A DNA stretch of 64,000 nt, taken from positions 52,278,464 through 52,342,463 of the forward strand of contig NC_043011.1 of the NCBI RefSeq assembly GCF_006345805.1, written 5' to 3'. The number at the start of each line of letters is the position of its first letter. Positions within the stretch are counted from its first letter, which is position 1. Below the pieces are notes generated by a model. That model was not told the origin of the DNA and searched no databases. It saw nothing but the letters and a program-made list of their open reading frames with translations. This DNA comes from Octopus sinensis (Eukaryota). Below, piece by piece: positions 11,621 through 27,131 of this stretch. Both the position numbers and the translations under genes were made by a program.

Positions 11621-13387
11621 CCTTAACTGAGAATGTCAATGGTAGTGTCAGAGGTAAACAACAAGCTATACCAAACCATGATTATGTTGCAAAAAGAAAT
11701 GTACCGTGGTGTTTCAACATGTTAGCTTCATGATACCAATGATGTTAGAGGTGTATAATTAGTAGGTTAGAGGTGTGTTGATAACTCATTATTGTGACTG
11801 CTGATGGTCCAGCAAAATGGTTAATCTGTCAAGGTTTTAGAGCCAAAGATAACAGAAAATCAGTAAAGTACCTGCTTATAGATATTCTCTGGCTGGTTGG
11901 CTGGCTTGATTGTTGTTGCTTTGTCTCTGTTGTGTTTTGTTGTTGTTTTTTTCATTGTTCCTGTTGTTGCAATTTAACAATGCTTAACATATCTTGCAAG
12001 AAGTGAAATATAATTTTTTTTAATGAGAAGTGGCTGACAACAACAACAACAGCAACAGATATAACATCAACAGCAGCTGTAGTTTATCACCAGCAATAAC
12101 AATTACTTTCCTGATAAGAATCCTGTATGTGATAGTGGTGGCGGCAACAATGGCAGCGGCGGTGGTGGTGGGGAGTTGGCTGTTATCTCCACTACACCTT
12201 ATTAACACCTCTCCTCTACACATACACACATACACATTTACTGACATATATATATATATATATATAACTCAGTAGAGGTCCCTTCCATGCTTATGACACA
12301 TATTATCTTTATTTCCTTTCCTTTATCATATTGGTCATATCTTCCCTTGCTTAGGCAGTTCCCTTATCTACTAATCTGATATTATTTCTCTTCCACCTTC
12401 ACTACAGCCTTAACTGCAACATGAGGAGAGGAGGTACTGGATTGATGACAGAGGTGGGGGTGGGCGGGGTAGGGACAGAGTTCTTTTCCTTCTTTCCTTC
12501 CTTTCTTCTTTCCTCCTATTGTACACATAGTGCAGTGTACACTAACACTCACTACAGTTTCTGTATGCAGAGTGTGTATTTTGTCAATAGAGAAGATTGT
12601 TTCTATGTAAGTAAATGTGTGTGTGTGTGTGTGTGTATGTATGTGTCTGTGTCCTTGTATGTATGCCTCCAAGTTGAAGGTGTACCAAGCAGTTGTATGC
12701 ATAAAGGATTGTGCGTGTGTGTGTGTGTCAAGGTGTACTTGAAGAGTATGCTTGTGTGTGCGTGTGTGTGTCAAGGTGTACACGAAGAGTGGCTATAGGT
12801 ATGGCCATAAGAATGTATAGCATAGACACACACTCACACATATGTTTATATGTATGTAGACACCCACACAGTCATATGTATGTGTGTGTGTATGTGTGTG
12901 TGTGTGTTAAATGTAAGATCTAACCCACCTCTTTCTATTCATTATACCTACACCACCCTCACCACAACAATGTAGAAGATTACAAAACAAAAGCTTATAT
13001 TTCAGTCTCTGGATCTTAATTTCTCTAGTGTTTATATAGGGCTCCTCTCTTGTTCTCACTTCAGCCACCCCCACCTTCCCCCACCCCCTATCTCAGCTGA
13101 AACACACCATTATCATGGATAAACTTGTTCAGGCTGTAAATCAATAGTGTTTGATGGGTAAACTACTTTTGAGGCCAGTTGTTGTTGTTACTAATGACTC
13201 AAACGAAGGGATCAGTTTTTCTTTGGTTTGTTAACATAAAGCGAAATCTACTTTAACTTAAAACAACACAACTCCTTCAAAACTATCCATTCACTTTGAG
13301 TCTCCAACTGGTTGAACCAGCCAAGGTGTGTTTATGTGGTTATTCGACCTGCTAGAAATAACAGTCGAATTTCTCAGTTCGCACTCT

Positions 13388-13804
13388 TATTTCTTTATTG
13401 CCCACAAGGGGCTAAAGATAGAGGGGACAAACAAGGACAGACAAAAGGATAAAGTCAATTACATTGACCCCCAGTGTGTAACTGGTACTTAATTTATTGA
13501 CCCAGAAAGGATGAAAGGCAAGGTCGACCTCGGTGGAATTTGAACTCAGAACGTAACAGCTGACGAAATACCTATTTCTTTATTACCCACAAGGAGCTAA
13601 ACACAGAGAGGACAAACAAGGACAGACATAGGTATTAAGTCGATTACATCGACCCCAGTGTGTGACTGGTACTTAATTTATCGACCCCGAAAGGATGAAA
13701 GGCAAAGTCGACCTCGGCGGAGTTTGAACTCACAACGTAACGCAGACGAAATACTGCTAAGCATTTCGCCCGGCATGCTAATGTTTGTGCCAGATTGCTG
13801 CCTT
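13388..13804 (-). mobile_element. SINE family A dimer
   Basis: Reverse complement of family A; internal junction GACGAAATACCTATTTCTTT near 13565-13580. Confidence 0.9.
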
Positions 13805-14033
13805 CAGTACTACTCTTCTCTCAGTCGAGAGGTCTTTGTCATGTAAGCTACTTTTAGTGGCCTTGCTGGTGTTGGTGTCACATAAAAAGCATCCAGTACA
13901 CTAAAGTGGTTAGCATTAGGAAGGGCATCCAGAAACTCTGCCAAAGCAGACAGTAGAGCTTGGTGCAGTCTTCTGGCTTGCCAGTTCCTGTCAGACTATC
14001 CAGCCTATGCTAGCATGCAAAAACAGACATTAA

Positions 14034-14254
14034 CCCTTTAGTGTTCGCTTTATTCTGCCAAAATTAATGCTTTTTCATCCACATTGTTTTGAACTAATCA
14101 GGCATTATCTTGTAGCTATGAGATTTTGATGAGGTAGCTGTTCATTTTTAAAACGATATTGTAGGGTTGGTGTGAGAGACCAGATCTGGCCAGTTTGAAC
14201 ATAAAACAGGCAGAATACTTTTGGCCAGATATGGCCGGTTTATATGCTAAAGGG
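14034..14254. mobile_element. piggyBac-like MITE
   Basis: TTAA|CCCTTTAG ... CTAAAGGG|TTAA; related copies 40411-40629 and 52593-52790, partial copies near 40095-40246, 43705-43858 and 53075-53165. Confidence 0.85.
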
Positions 14255-15482
14255 TTAAATGATGATAATGATGATGATATTGCAATTTAGTGTTAGGTTT
14301 TCTATAATGGCCGTATTTATCAGATCTTAGATCTATAGTTATATCCAAACAAATTAACTATGCTTAGATTCATATCTACCATGATCTTTAAATCTCATTA
14401 TGAATATGTTGAATTTTCTTAACAGCTTATAAACTGTTGGCTGATATTTATAGTCTTTGTTTGTCAGTTTTTATTTTGTTTTTTTTATTTAAATAAATAT
14501 ATTGACCTTCTCTGTGCCAACGATAATATTTAGATTAACGATTAGTATCTTTTTAATTTTATTTCCCTCCTTTGTAAATTCACCATTTTGATTTCCCACA
14601 CTACTTTTGATAAGAAAAGAAATAACTTTGTGCGCATCACAATTTATTCCATAACATTAAGAGCCTTATATTAACTTTAATATCAACATACTTAAAAATG
14701 TGCATAAGGAAAATAAATCTAGCAGAAGTGCAGTTAATGAGAGAGAATTCCTTCAGTCCATCCTCTCATAGCAATCACTTGACTCCTTCCTGGAACCTTC
14801 CAATTTCCCCATAAGTGTGCTAAATTTTTTCCCAGATTAAGAATTGCACTTTTGGAGAAGTTTATTTATTCATCATCATCAAGGTTTTGAGCTGACAGAA
14901 TCATTAACATTCCAGACAAAATACTTAGTGGCTTTTCACCCATCCTTGTGTTCTAAGTTCAAATTCCCCTGAGGTCGACGTTGTCTTTCATCCTTTTGGG
15001 ACCAATGAAACAAGTACAAGTTAAGCATTGAGGTCAATGTAATCAACTAGCTTCCTCCCTACAAATTTCAGGCCCCTTGTGCCTATAGTGAAAAGGGATA
15101 TTATTAGGCAGTGAACTGACAGAATTGTTAGCACATAGGACAAAATGCTTAGCAGCATTTCTACCTTTTTTTTCTTTTTCTTTTTTTTTTTTTTTTTTGC
15201 ATTCTGAGCTCAAATACTGCAACGGTTAACATTGCCTTTTCTCCATTCAAGATTGGCAAAATAAAGTAACAGTCAAGTACTGGGGGAGGGGGGTGTCAAT
15301 GTAATCGACTTACCACTCCCTTCAAAAATTGATGCCTACTGCCAAAATTATAAAGAATTATTATTGTTATTTTCATTTGATTTTGCAAAAATAAAACAAA
15401 GGTTATGACATGACCTTTATTTCTATTTTGAGGATAAAACAGATGCTTAAAGACTTGAAGGAATACTGCAACTAGTAAGGTT

Positions 15483-15572
<90 letters not shown>

Positions 15573-18000
15573 CACACATATATATATATAATATATATAT
15601 ACATATATATACATATATATAAATATAAATAAATATATATATATATATTATATATATATATATATATATACATATATATACATATACATATACATACATA
15701 CATACATGTATATATATAATCTACTGAGAATAGTAAGTTTTATAATAACTGAGAGATTATATCAGGTCTTTTTTTTTTCCTTTTCTTTTAATACAATACA
15801 TTGCATAACTTTTCTGAACTGGGATTCACATTTCCCTGTAGCCTGTGGAATAGGGGTCTTCCCCTGCTAAACAAAACAACCTACTAACATATTTTACTAT
15901 AATAAACTATATATTCTTTATTACATGGATATATGTGTGTATACACACTCACACACACATGCATGTGGTGATGCATGTTGTGTAACAGTGATTGATATTA
16001 TCTCTCTTTAAATCCTTCCTAAAATTAGCACAGAAAACTCAAACTTCAAAATTTTCCCAGAATAATGCATGAAGAAAAAATGTCCCAGTCTTGAGGTGTC
16101 TTTGCAATAAAACAGGATTTCATTAAAGAAACATTGAAGGACTGCTTAATTGTAATGGAGTGATAAACTCTCTCTCTTTTTCTCATCCATCCATACACAC
16201 ACACACACTCAGAAATCAAAGTACTGGAACATTTACTACAAGGCATGCCTTTATGATTCTGCCCCATCTTATCTAATAGTGATAGTAAATGTGTGTGTTT
16301 ATGTATGTAGGTATATAATCATCTTCGTTATTTTACATCTGCTTTCCAAGCAGAGGTGTAAGTTGGATGGGTCACCACAGTTTGAATCAGTTGATATTCA
16401 AGGGGTACTGCTCATCTTATTCACATTTAATTTTCGGCTTGCTTTGTATTGCTGGATGCCCTTCCTAGCACCAACCACTTTACAGAGTGTACTGGGTATG
16501 TTTTTCATTACACCAGCACTCAAAGATAGCCATGGCACTTCACAATGCTGTGTGTCTACTTGCTCACCGACCTTTTTATGGGGTGAGAAACATGAATGAT
16601 AGTGTTGGGATATGTGATAGGAAGGATCTGTGTTAATTTATTATGAAACCTTGAACTGTATGAAACTAGTGGTATCAATCTGAAATACAATAATTTAATT
16701 TACACCTTATATTAATGATTATAAATCTTTTGGACCATTAATCTCATCTTTAGGGATTAAATTGTTCGCCAGACTGGATTGGAACTAGAAACCTTTGTTT
16801 ATATTAAGTCTAGTGGTTTTCTTATCCACAATGCTGCTGTTCTAATAATTACAGCCATAATGCTATGGAACCTTGAATTATATGAAACCAGTGGTATGAG
16901 ACCAATAATATATACTGGTCATATTAAGGCTGGTCTGTTAATTACATGCCTACACTATTTCTGTACATTATACATTCCCATGAATATAAATGCAGAGTAT
17001 AATATTATATAAGCATAGCATACTAACATTCATATATTCACAAGCAGTATTTCTTTAACATGGTTATATATTTACTGCATGGGAATAAGTGCCATATAGT
17101 GTCACTGTATGTATATGTGTGGATATATATATATAAATACAAAAACGCATGTATGTAGGTACATGTATATATGTGTATGTATACATAACTGTTCATACAT
17201 GTACATACAACAATAGTTACTAACATATTTTGTACATTCATAATCTATTGGTTAGTGGGAGTGGATGAAGGGGAAAAAAACTAAAATATTTAAACACATA
17301 ATTCATATGCGTGCTGTGCAATAATGAAGTCAGTTTGGTTAGTGGAGACAGAGAAAGCCGTTTCTAATCACAGACGATGTCTTTTAAAGAGAGAAACCAC
17401 GTCATCCATTTTTGTGTCTGAACCCCTTGGAGGAAATCTTTAACAAATGTTGTAATCTTAATTGAGATCATCAAATTATGGGAGATTACTATCACTGTTC
17501 CTTTTAAGAACTTCAGAGAACTTTTAGAAATGGTTAGGTTAGTGGTAGGTGTGTAGTGTGTGCAACAAGAGACATATAGGGAATTTGAATTCTTTGTGGG
17601 GTTTGGGGGAGGAGGGAGGGGGCAGATTGTTGTTATTTTATTTTTTTTTTTTTGCCAATGGGTTGGTGGTAGAATTTATTGTGCTTCATAGTTACTTTGT
17701 TACTTGGAGTATAACAGATTAAGGCAATCCCAACTACTAAGAAACATTTGTGTTTTTGGTATCTGATAGGATGGTGGTGGTGCTTGCTGGTTTTCATACA
17801 GGGGCCAGAAAAGGGAGAGAAAGAGAGAGGAGGTGTTCCGAATAACCTCTTCCTTTTTCCTTCCCTTCCAGCCATTATGTAACATTGTTCTCTTTTCAAA
17901 TGAAATAAACCCTTACCAGATGTTGTTATCTGATAAACGTAAGATTCCCTATCATCATCATCATCTTTGTCATCATTACATAAATTAGACTTTTCTTTTT

Positions 18001-18035
<35 letters not shown>

Positions 18036-18475
18036 CAGTAGACATAGACACTACATTAGCATAAGTATGGTGTCATAATTAGTAAATAATTAATATTATA
18101 TTTGGGTGGGGTGTGACTACAAGAAATTATGATTGACAATTATTTTGTCTGTGAAATTTATATACAATTACACAAAGAAATACTTGGATTTACTCATGCA
18201 TGTGTGTATCTGTATTGCGTGTGTGTGTGTGTACGTTGTGTGTATTCACTTACATACACATACACACATATATTAAACAGTCATAGCTGAGATAGACTAA
18301 ACCATCTCCAATAATTTAGTCTATCTTATGAACCGCAGTAATTATTTCAGTGTGCTAGTTATTTTGTCTGTATCTGTTGAACTACTAGCTTATGCGACAA
18401 ACAAGGATAATAACATAACATAAACAACACTGACACAAATTTCTTTTTTGTATGATAAGCATCGGCACAGTTTCC

Positions 18476-18888
18476 TATTTCTTTATTGCCCACAAGGGGC
18501 TACACACAGAGGGGACAAACAAGAACAGACAAACGGATTAAGTCGATTATATCGACCCCAGTGTGTAACTGGTATTTATTTAATCGACCCCGAAAGGATG
18601 AAAGGCAAAGTCGACCTAAGCGGAATTTGAACTCAGAACGTAGCAGCAGACAAAATACCTATTTCTTTACTACCCACAAGGGGCTAAACACAGGGGACAA
18701 ACAAGGACAGACAAATGGATTAAGTCAATTACATCGACCCCAGTGTGTAACTGGTACTTATTTAATTGATCCCTGAAAGGATGAAAGGCAAAGTTGACCA
18801 TGGCAGAATTTTAACTCAGAACGTAGCGGTAGACAAAAGGCCGCTAAGCATTTCGCCCAGCATGCTAACGTTTCTGCCAGCTGACCGC
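18476..18888 (-). mobile_element. SINE family A dimer
   Basis: Two body units joined at AAATACCTATTTCTTT near 18655. Confidence 0.9.
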
Positions 18889-20362
18889 ATCAGCGTGCTA
18901 ACATTTCTGCCAGCTGATGTCACCTGTGCTAGTACCATGTGAAAAGCACTCCATCTTTTCCATAGGTTGGTTGGTGTTAGGAAGGGCATGCAACTGTAAA
19001 AACCATACCAAAACAGACACAGCAGCCTGGTGTAGTCTTCTCCCTGGCCGGCTCCTGTCAAACCGTCTAACACATGACAACATGGAAGGTGAATGTTAAA
19101 CAATGATCATGATGATGATGTTTGTGTTGTTTAACCCCAAGTTCACTCTGACTGAGCAGATTTGTAATCAAAAATATTCCAACCATGACCATTCCATCTT
19201 TTTTCTTTGTCAGTCACAATGTATCTAGGGTCAAATTATTCAATGTGTCCTATTTTATTAAGGCATCACACGATTCAGCTGCAGTTTCTAGTAGTCAAGC
19301 AAGCTCATAGAGGCTTCCCCATGAGCTTTCATTTGTAGATTGAGTGGACCTATGGCCAAATAGATTCCATCTATGGCCACTTTATTTTAATGGTTGGCAT
19401 TAGGAAGGGCATCCAGCTGTAGAAACCATGCCAAATCAGATTGGAAGTTTGTGCAACTCCCCAACTTACCAGTTTTCAGTCCAACCATCCAACCCATGCC
19501 AGCATGAAAAACGGATGTTAAATGATGATGATAATGACTCTAGATGTACTTTATCCAGTGTAAACTTCCTTTTTTTTATTTTCTCAAAATAGCAGTGTGT
19601 GATTTTTTAATGGTTTGACTGCTGCTTCTAGCCTGGCAAGTGACTACATAGAACCTCTTTTGTTACTATGAATTATAGAAATTTTCACTGAGGTAGTGTG
19701 GGCGTGGCTGCTCTGCTCCACTCATTTGAATCATGCCATAACAACTGCTGTTAAAACAATAACAACAAACTTTTAAATTATTTTATTCATGTCAGCCTGA
19801 AATAGGTGTTTTGACAATATTTTAGTTTATTATTATCATTATTATTGTTGATGTTATCACTAAAGAATGTTTTTAATCGTTAAAATCCTGTCCCTTGGCC
19901 ATCCGGCATGCTGCTGTTGCTGTTAAGTATCCGATATCCTATTTGCTATGCACCTGCTGTGATATATCATGTTATAACCATCAAGTTGTTAGCATTGAAT
20001 ATCCATTATGTATGCTTTACTTGGAGATTAGATAAGTTCCATTGCTTGTGATTTGATATATAACTATATCACTGACCTTTGCTTTTAGTGAACATGCAGT
20101 TGCTTGATGGAGATGGAAATAAGTATTAGGGACTAGGGGTACACTAAGGTCCAAGAGATTAAAGTCGATTAAAGTCTTAATCTAAAGTGGGATTAGACCA
20201 GTCAGAGGCAACCTTTGGTCTGAGGGGCTTTATGAGTGGTATACCAACAAAAAAATTAACTTGAATTTTTTTGGTAGTGCAGCTTGCTTAATAATGAGCA
20301 ATGTCTCCTGCAGCCCCTTCTCACTAAAGATTGCCCATGCCTGGATTAGATGTTATAAGCTG

Positions 20363-20436
<74 letters not shown>

Positions 20437-21699
20437 AGCTGAAAAGTAGGAGAATACCATACCCATGCATAACTTCCCCTTGTATCTGCCCCTACCATTT
20501 TCATCACTGTTGCTCAAATAAGAAAGGAATATAAGGGAGCAGTTTTGTTTTTATAAAAAAAAATGTGTTTGTGGGGTTTGCTTTCCCTATACAAAAAGCA
20601 GACTGGGTGATACATGTAAAGAAGCATGGTGCTATGTGGCAGTGAGACATAGGTTTTTTAAAAAAAAAAAAGAGAGAGAAAATTCTTTATGGTTTAGTCA
20701 CAGGAGGAAGGGCAGCCCCCATAACTGTTTTTACAGGGTAGGAGCTCTGTGACTTAAGGAGTTAGGGTAAAGGAAAACAAAAAAAAAATATGACTCAGAG
20801 GCAGTTTGTGTAAGAGGCTTCTTCGTAGTCTCTGTCTATCCAATTCTTTTTTAATGCAAGAGGCAATTTTTATGAGGTGTTTGTAGAAATTGTGATGCAT
20901 TATAGTATTGATGAATAGAGAACATATTTGGTTTAGTCATCTGATGAATCTATGGCTCTCAATCACAAAGTCTTGGGTTCAATTCCCAGTCTAGAAGGTG
21001 TATTGTGTCTGGACAAAGTACATCATTTCATGCTGCTTTAGTCCACTCAACTAGTAAAAACGGGTTTTAGACTGACAGATCACTTGGTCAGTGTTACAGC
21101 GTTAACAAGCCAATGGTGTGACCAAAGCAACGTCAGGTCAGGCATAAAAAGGAATATGTCCAGCAATGCATCAACGATGTATGTCTTTACCATTCACCCT
21201 TTATAGTAATGAAGTACAAGTTGAAGCTGTGGAGGACTACAATGTGGTGTGGTACTGTATAGTATTGAGTGTAAATGTAGAGTATAGACTATACATGGCA
21301 CTCCCTGGCATTCTGTTGGTTAGGATGATCAGTGTTCCAGTTGATCTGATCAGCGGAACAGCCTGCTCGTAGAATTAACATGCAAGTGACCAAGCATTCT
21401 ACAAACATGTGTTCCCTTATTGTAGTTCTTGGGGAGATTCAGCATAAGTCAGAGTGTGACAGAGATGGCCCTTTGAATTACAGGTACATCTCGTCTTTGC
21501 CAGCTGAATAGACTGAAATAACATGAAATAAAGTGTCTTGCCCAAGGACACAACGTGCCACCTGGAATCGAACTCATGACCTTACGATTGTGAGCTGAAT
21601 ACCCTAACCACTAAGCCACACTCTTAGACTTATATGTGGTGTGGGATTATAAAGAGTGAAACATGGACTTTGAATGCTGAAGACTTTATGTGATCTGGT

Positions 21700-22260
21700 A
21701 CTGTATAGAATAGGGTGTGTGAGTGTGGACTGTCTATATGTGGTATAGTGGTGAAACATGAACAGGAATATGGGATATCAAATGTGACATGGCATGTAGT
21801 GAAACATGGACTATGAATATAGTGATGGGGACTACATGTCATGTGATATAGTAGTGAAATGCACACTGTGAATGTGGGGGCCAGTAGTGAAAAAATGGGC
21901 TTTGAATATAGTGGTGGGAACTACAGGTCATGTTGTATAGTAGTGAAACATGGACTATGAATATAGTGATGGAGACTACATGTCGTGATATAGTAGTGAA
22001 ATACAGGATGTGAATGTGGGGGCCAGTAGTGAAAAAATGGGCTTTGAATATAGTGGTGGGAACTACAGGTCATTTTGTAAAGTAGTGAAACATTAACTGT
22101 GAATGTGGGAACCAATATGTGGTGTGGGTCTGTATAGTATGGAATGTGAATGTGGAAGACTACAAGTGTTGTGGTATTGTATCATTGTGAAAAACGTGCT
22201 GTGAATATGGTAGAGGTGTGGTTCCATAGTGAAATATATGCTATGGACATGATGGTTGTT
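21700..22260. repeat. Degenerate minisatellite with a higher-order unit of about 142 bp
   Basis: Recurring GTAGTGAAA... subunits; 21798-21939 is closely repeated at 21940-22082. Confidence 0.8.
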
Positions 22261-22999
22261 GTAGCTGATTATTCCTGGGTCAGAAATGATCAAAATATTT
22301 CAACCATGACCATCCCATCTTTTCCCTGAGGGCAATGAATCCAAGATCACATTGTCCAATGTATCATTTCTTTAAGACTGTAGGGTGTGATTTGAAGGCT
22401 ATTTGGCTGCTAGTTTTTGCAAGCTGAGCAACCAAATACAAGCTTGTTCTTTATCCTGAAATATTCTCATTGACCATGTGACCTGGAATAATATTTACAA
22501 TTTCAAAATCATGTGACTTGGTGGTAATGTCAATGGCCTCAAGATCGTGTGACTTGGTAATAATATTGACAACTTCAAGATCATGTGACCTGGTGGTAAT
22601 GTCGATGGCTTTAAAATTTAAAGTTATGAGCAGTGAACTGGTTCAGTTACAGATTCTGGACAAAATTAAAATTGTGGAATGTTTTCGTGGTTATTTGACT
22701 GTTATTTCTAGTAGACTGAGTGTCCTGGTAGAAGCTCTTTTGTTTTTTGTTTTTTTTTTCCTGTATCACTCGTTATTTAGTCCTAGATCAGAGGTAGTAT
22801 GGGCTAGCAAAATCATTAGAACATCAGAGATAAAACACTTCAAAGCATCTGTTCTGACTCTCTATATCCTGAGTTCAAATACTGCCAAGGTCAACTTTGC
22901 CATTCATCACTTGTATTGATTACTTTTTCCTCCATCAAAACTGCTGGCCTTGTTCTTGAGTAACAAACCATTTAGTCACCAGTCAGACAAACTGATCCT

Positions 23000-23702
23000 T
23001 AATCAAAAGATAGGTATTCCAACCTTGACCATCCTTTACAAAAGACAAATAATGTGATTCTAAGTTCCCTGCACAATGGAACTTTTTCCATTGTGCAGGG
23101 AACCTAGAACCACATTATTTGTCTTTTGTAAAGATGGAACAATATGATTTGAGGGAGATTTAGCTGCTATTTCTAGAGATGGAGTGACCACATAGAAGCT
23201 CCCTTAGTGGCTCACAGATAGGCTGGTACTGATACATAGTCGTTATAATGGTGGAGGGTTTTATCCATTAAATCAACCCTCAGCACATAACAAACAAGAA
23301 AGATTCGGCTCCTGTTTCTAGCAGACTGAATGACCATGTACATGTTCTTTTGCTTACTAGTGTGACTTAACTGACCCTCAATCAAAAGATAGGTACTCCA
23401 ACCATGACCATCCCACCTTTTTCCATTGTGCAGGGAACCTAGAACCACATTATCTGTCTTTTTGTAAAGATGGAACAATATGATTTCAGGGAGATTTAGC
23501 TGCTATTTCTAGAGATGGAGTGACCACATAGAGGCTCCCTCAACGTCTCACAAGCTGACACTGATGCATAGTCATTGTCCTAGTGGAGGGTTTTATCCAT
23601 TAAATCAACCCTCAGCACATAACAAACAAGAAAGATTCGGCTCCTGTTTCTAGTAGACCGAATGACCATGTACACGTTCTTTTGGTTACTAGTGTGACTT
23701 AA
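23000..23702 (+). repeat. Tandem duplication of a segment of about 350 bp
   Basis: AATCAAAAGATAGGTA...CTAGTGTGACTTAA occurs at about 23000-23369 and 23380-23702. Confidence 0.85.
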
Positions 23703-24224
23703 TCATCAATAAACTTTGGTGTTCAAAGTCATGTGAACCAGTTCAATTCTGAGCAGCAGCTGCAATTTCACTTTCTACATCTGTTTGGTTTATATATATA
23801 TAAAGAGACGGTGGGTGGGAAGGGATGGTAGATGAAGCAGCGATTATTACCAGTCTGTCAGCATTCATTACTAATAGCTGCAACATGGGTGGGAGGGGAT
23901 CGGAGATGTCTGTAACCCTACTTCTCTGACTACACCGACATGCACCAAAGCATTTAACTCATTCCCAGTTGCCAAAGATTTCCAAATGTTCTTAATAGTA
24001 ATAATAATAATCTAATTTTCGCTCAAGGTCAGCAGCTTTGAGGGGTGGTGTTAGCTGATTATATCGACCCCTAGTGTTCAGCTGGTACTTATTCTATTGA
24101 CATTGAAAGGATGAAAAGGCAAAGTCAACCATGGCTAAATTTGAACTCTGAACATTAAGAGACGAAAAAATGCTGCTAAGCATTTTATCTGCCTTAGTAA
24201 TGAGTCTGTCAGTCTATAGTAGAA

Positions 24225-24277
<53 letters not shown>

Positions 24278-24895
24278 GGTGGCAAGTTGGCACAATCATT
24301 AGCATGCTGGGCAAAATGCTTAGCAGTATTGCATCTGGCTTTGAGTTCAGGTTCTACCATGGTCAACTGTACCTTTCATCCTTTCAGGGTCAATAAAATA
24401 AGTACCAGTTGAATACTGGGGTCAATGTAACTGCCTACCTCTGCCCTTAAAATTTCAGGCCTTGTGCCTGTAGCAGAAAGAATTGTTGTTGTTATTGTTG
24501 TTGTTATTACATTCCGTCTTTACGTTCTGAGTTCAAATTCCACCAAGGTCGATAAAATAAGTAGCAGTTTGACACTGGGCTCGATGTAATCAACTTACTT
24601 CTTTCTCCAAACTTGCTGGCCTTGTGTCAAAATTCGAGATCATCATCATCATTATTATTATTATTATTATTATTAATAATATTATTAAGGCGGAGAGCTG
24701 GCAGAATCGTTAGCACACTGGATGAAATGCTTAGAGGTATTAAACCTGTTGCTATGTTCTGAGTTCAAATTCTGCCAAGGTTGACTTTGCCTTTCATCCT
24801 TTTGAGATTGATAAATTAAGTACCAATGAAACACTGGGGTCAAAATAATCAACTAGTCCCCTCCTCCAAGTTTCAGGCCTTGTGCCTATAGTAGA

Positions 24896-24946
<51 letters not shown>

Positions 24947-25651
24947 GAAGTTGGTGTATTGTCATTGTCATTTGAGTATCAAACAAAATCCCTTGAAGTA
25001 TTTTAATAACAACTCTTTCTGTTTTGGGTTCAAGTCTCACCAAGGTTAGCTTTACTCACCCTTATGTGGTCAATAAAATAGCGTACCCATCAAATACTAG
25101 GATCAGTGGTATCAACAAGCCTCCTCCCCTCAAAATTGCTAGCCTTGTGCTTAAATTAGAAATAATAAAAATATGTGAAAATGAACCACCTTTTATGTTA
25201 CTTATTAGTAAAATGACCCTCCTAAGAAATGTGTGTGTGTGTGTGTGTTTAGCTTCTCATAACTTGACCCAAAGCCATTTCCCTCAATACTACTTTTTCT
25301 CTTAGTTGAGTAGTCTTTGTCTTGCAAGTGACTTGGTACTCATCATCCTCATCATCATCATCGTTTAACATCGGCTTTCCATGCTAGCATGGGTTGGACG
25401 ATTTGACTGAGGTCTGGCAAACCAGATGGCTGCACCAGACCCCAGTCTGATCTGACAGAGTTTCTACAGCTGGATGCCCTTCCTAACGCCAATCACTCCG
25501 AGTGTATAGTGGGTGCTTTTACGTACCACTGGCACGAGAGCCAGTCAGGCAGTACCATGTAAAATGCATGCAGTACACTCTGTAAACTAGTTGGCATTAG
25601 GAAGGGTGTCCAGTCATAGAAACCATGCCAAAGCAGATAGTAGAGCTTGGT

Positions 25652-25865
25652 GGAAACGTTAGCATGCCGGGCGAAATGCTTAGCGGTATTTCGTCTGCGT
25701 TACGTTGTGAGTTCAAATTCCGCCGAGGTCGACTTTGCCTTTCATCCTTTCGGGGTCGATAAATTAAGTACCAGTTATGCACTGGGGTCGATGTAATCGA
25801 CTTAATACCTATGTCTGTCCTTGTTTGTCCTCTCTGTGTTTAGCCCCTTGTGGGTAATAAAGAAA
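25652..25865 (+). mobile_element. 5'-truncated SINE family A nested in a family C SINE
   Basis: TSD AGATAGTAGAGCTTGGT at about 25635 and 25866. Confidence 0.88.
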
Positions 25866-27131
25866 TAGATAGTAGAGCTTGGTACAGTCCTCTGGCTTGC
25901 CAGTTCCTGTTAAAACTGCCCAACCCATGCCAGCATAGAAAAACAGACATCAAATGATGATGATGTGAGTGTGTGTGTATGTGTGTAAAATATACTTATG
26001 CTTCAGCATAATCTTAGACATTATGGCTAAAACGAACTAAATGACATGAAGATATATCACATATAATGTTTTGTTTGTTATTAATTTGTAGGAAAGTAAA
26101 TTTATTTGTTTATTATTGAATTATTACCAACATCAGGCGAGGGATTTTTATAAAGCGTGAATTTCATGATTGAGGACTGAAGGAAACATTCCCTTGAAAC
26201 TCACTTGGGACTCACTTCCTAAAAGTTTTATAACTTTATAAGGCATGTTGTTTTTCACAGACCCTTAGCACACAACAAAACCCCTTCATTTGCGCCATGA
26301 ATTCTAGTTGGTCGAAGCCCTCAGTAATCTGGTAACTCTAATCTCTTATGTCTGTTATTCTAACAGAATCTCCTTTTCTCATGCCAAAGGATATTATTTA
26401 CATTGCTTTACTTTCTTTCTTCCTTTTTGCTTTTTTTTTTTGTTTTGTTTTACATGTGCAAGTATTTTGGTGGCAGGGGAGCAGGAAAGTACGATAAACT
26501 GAAATGTTTATTTAAAAATATATAAAAAAGTTGATTTGTTATCAAAAGTTCTAGTGGCTGCATCTCTCACCCCACCCCCCATCTCTGTAATGAGAAGATT
26601 TGTTTATATTTATTAATCATTTCTGTGTTTTAACTATCTGCATGCTATTTACTTGAGCTCTTTCATTCCTATATTTCTAATGAGTAGACTTCAGATGTGG
26701 TTTTTCAATTAATTTTTGATACAGTGCAGGTGTGGCTGTGTGGTTAAGCAGTTTACTTTCCAATTACATGGTTTCAAGTTCGGTCCCACTCCGTGGCACC
26801 TTGGGCAAGTGTTTTCTACTGTAGCCTCAAGTTGATGAAAGCCATGTGAGTGGATTTGTTAGCTTTGTTCATTTTGAAATATTTCCACCCATCTCTACGG
26901 TTGTTACTCAGTACTGGGCAGGATTTGTTGGCCATTGCTACTGTGCTGAACAACAAGCTACATCTAATGCTATAATTTGGAGATTCCTGCACTTTACTAC
27001 TTAGAGACCATTCAGCTATATTGATATTGTTGGCAGGACCTTCCAAAACTAATGGGAGTCCAAAGTCCCTAATGCAGCATGCTGAAACACATCACAGTAA
27101 TCATCGCATGATTATTATTATTATTATTATT

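Noticed and set aside
20089-20130. ttttag|TGAACATGCAGTTGCTTGATGGAGAT, an LLDG motif like FERM-N
   Set aside because: The frame stops after GDGNKY, there is no good donor site, and there is no further similarity.
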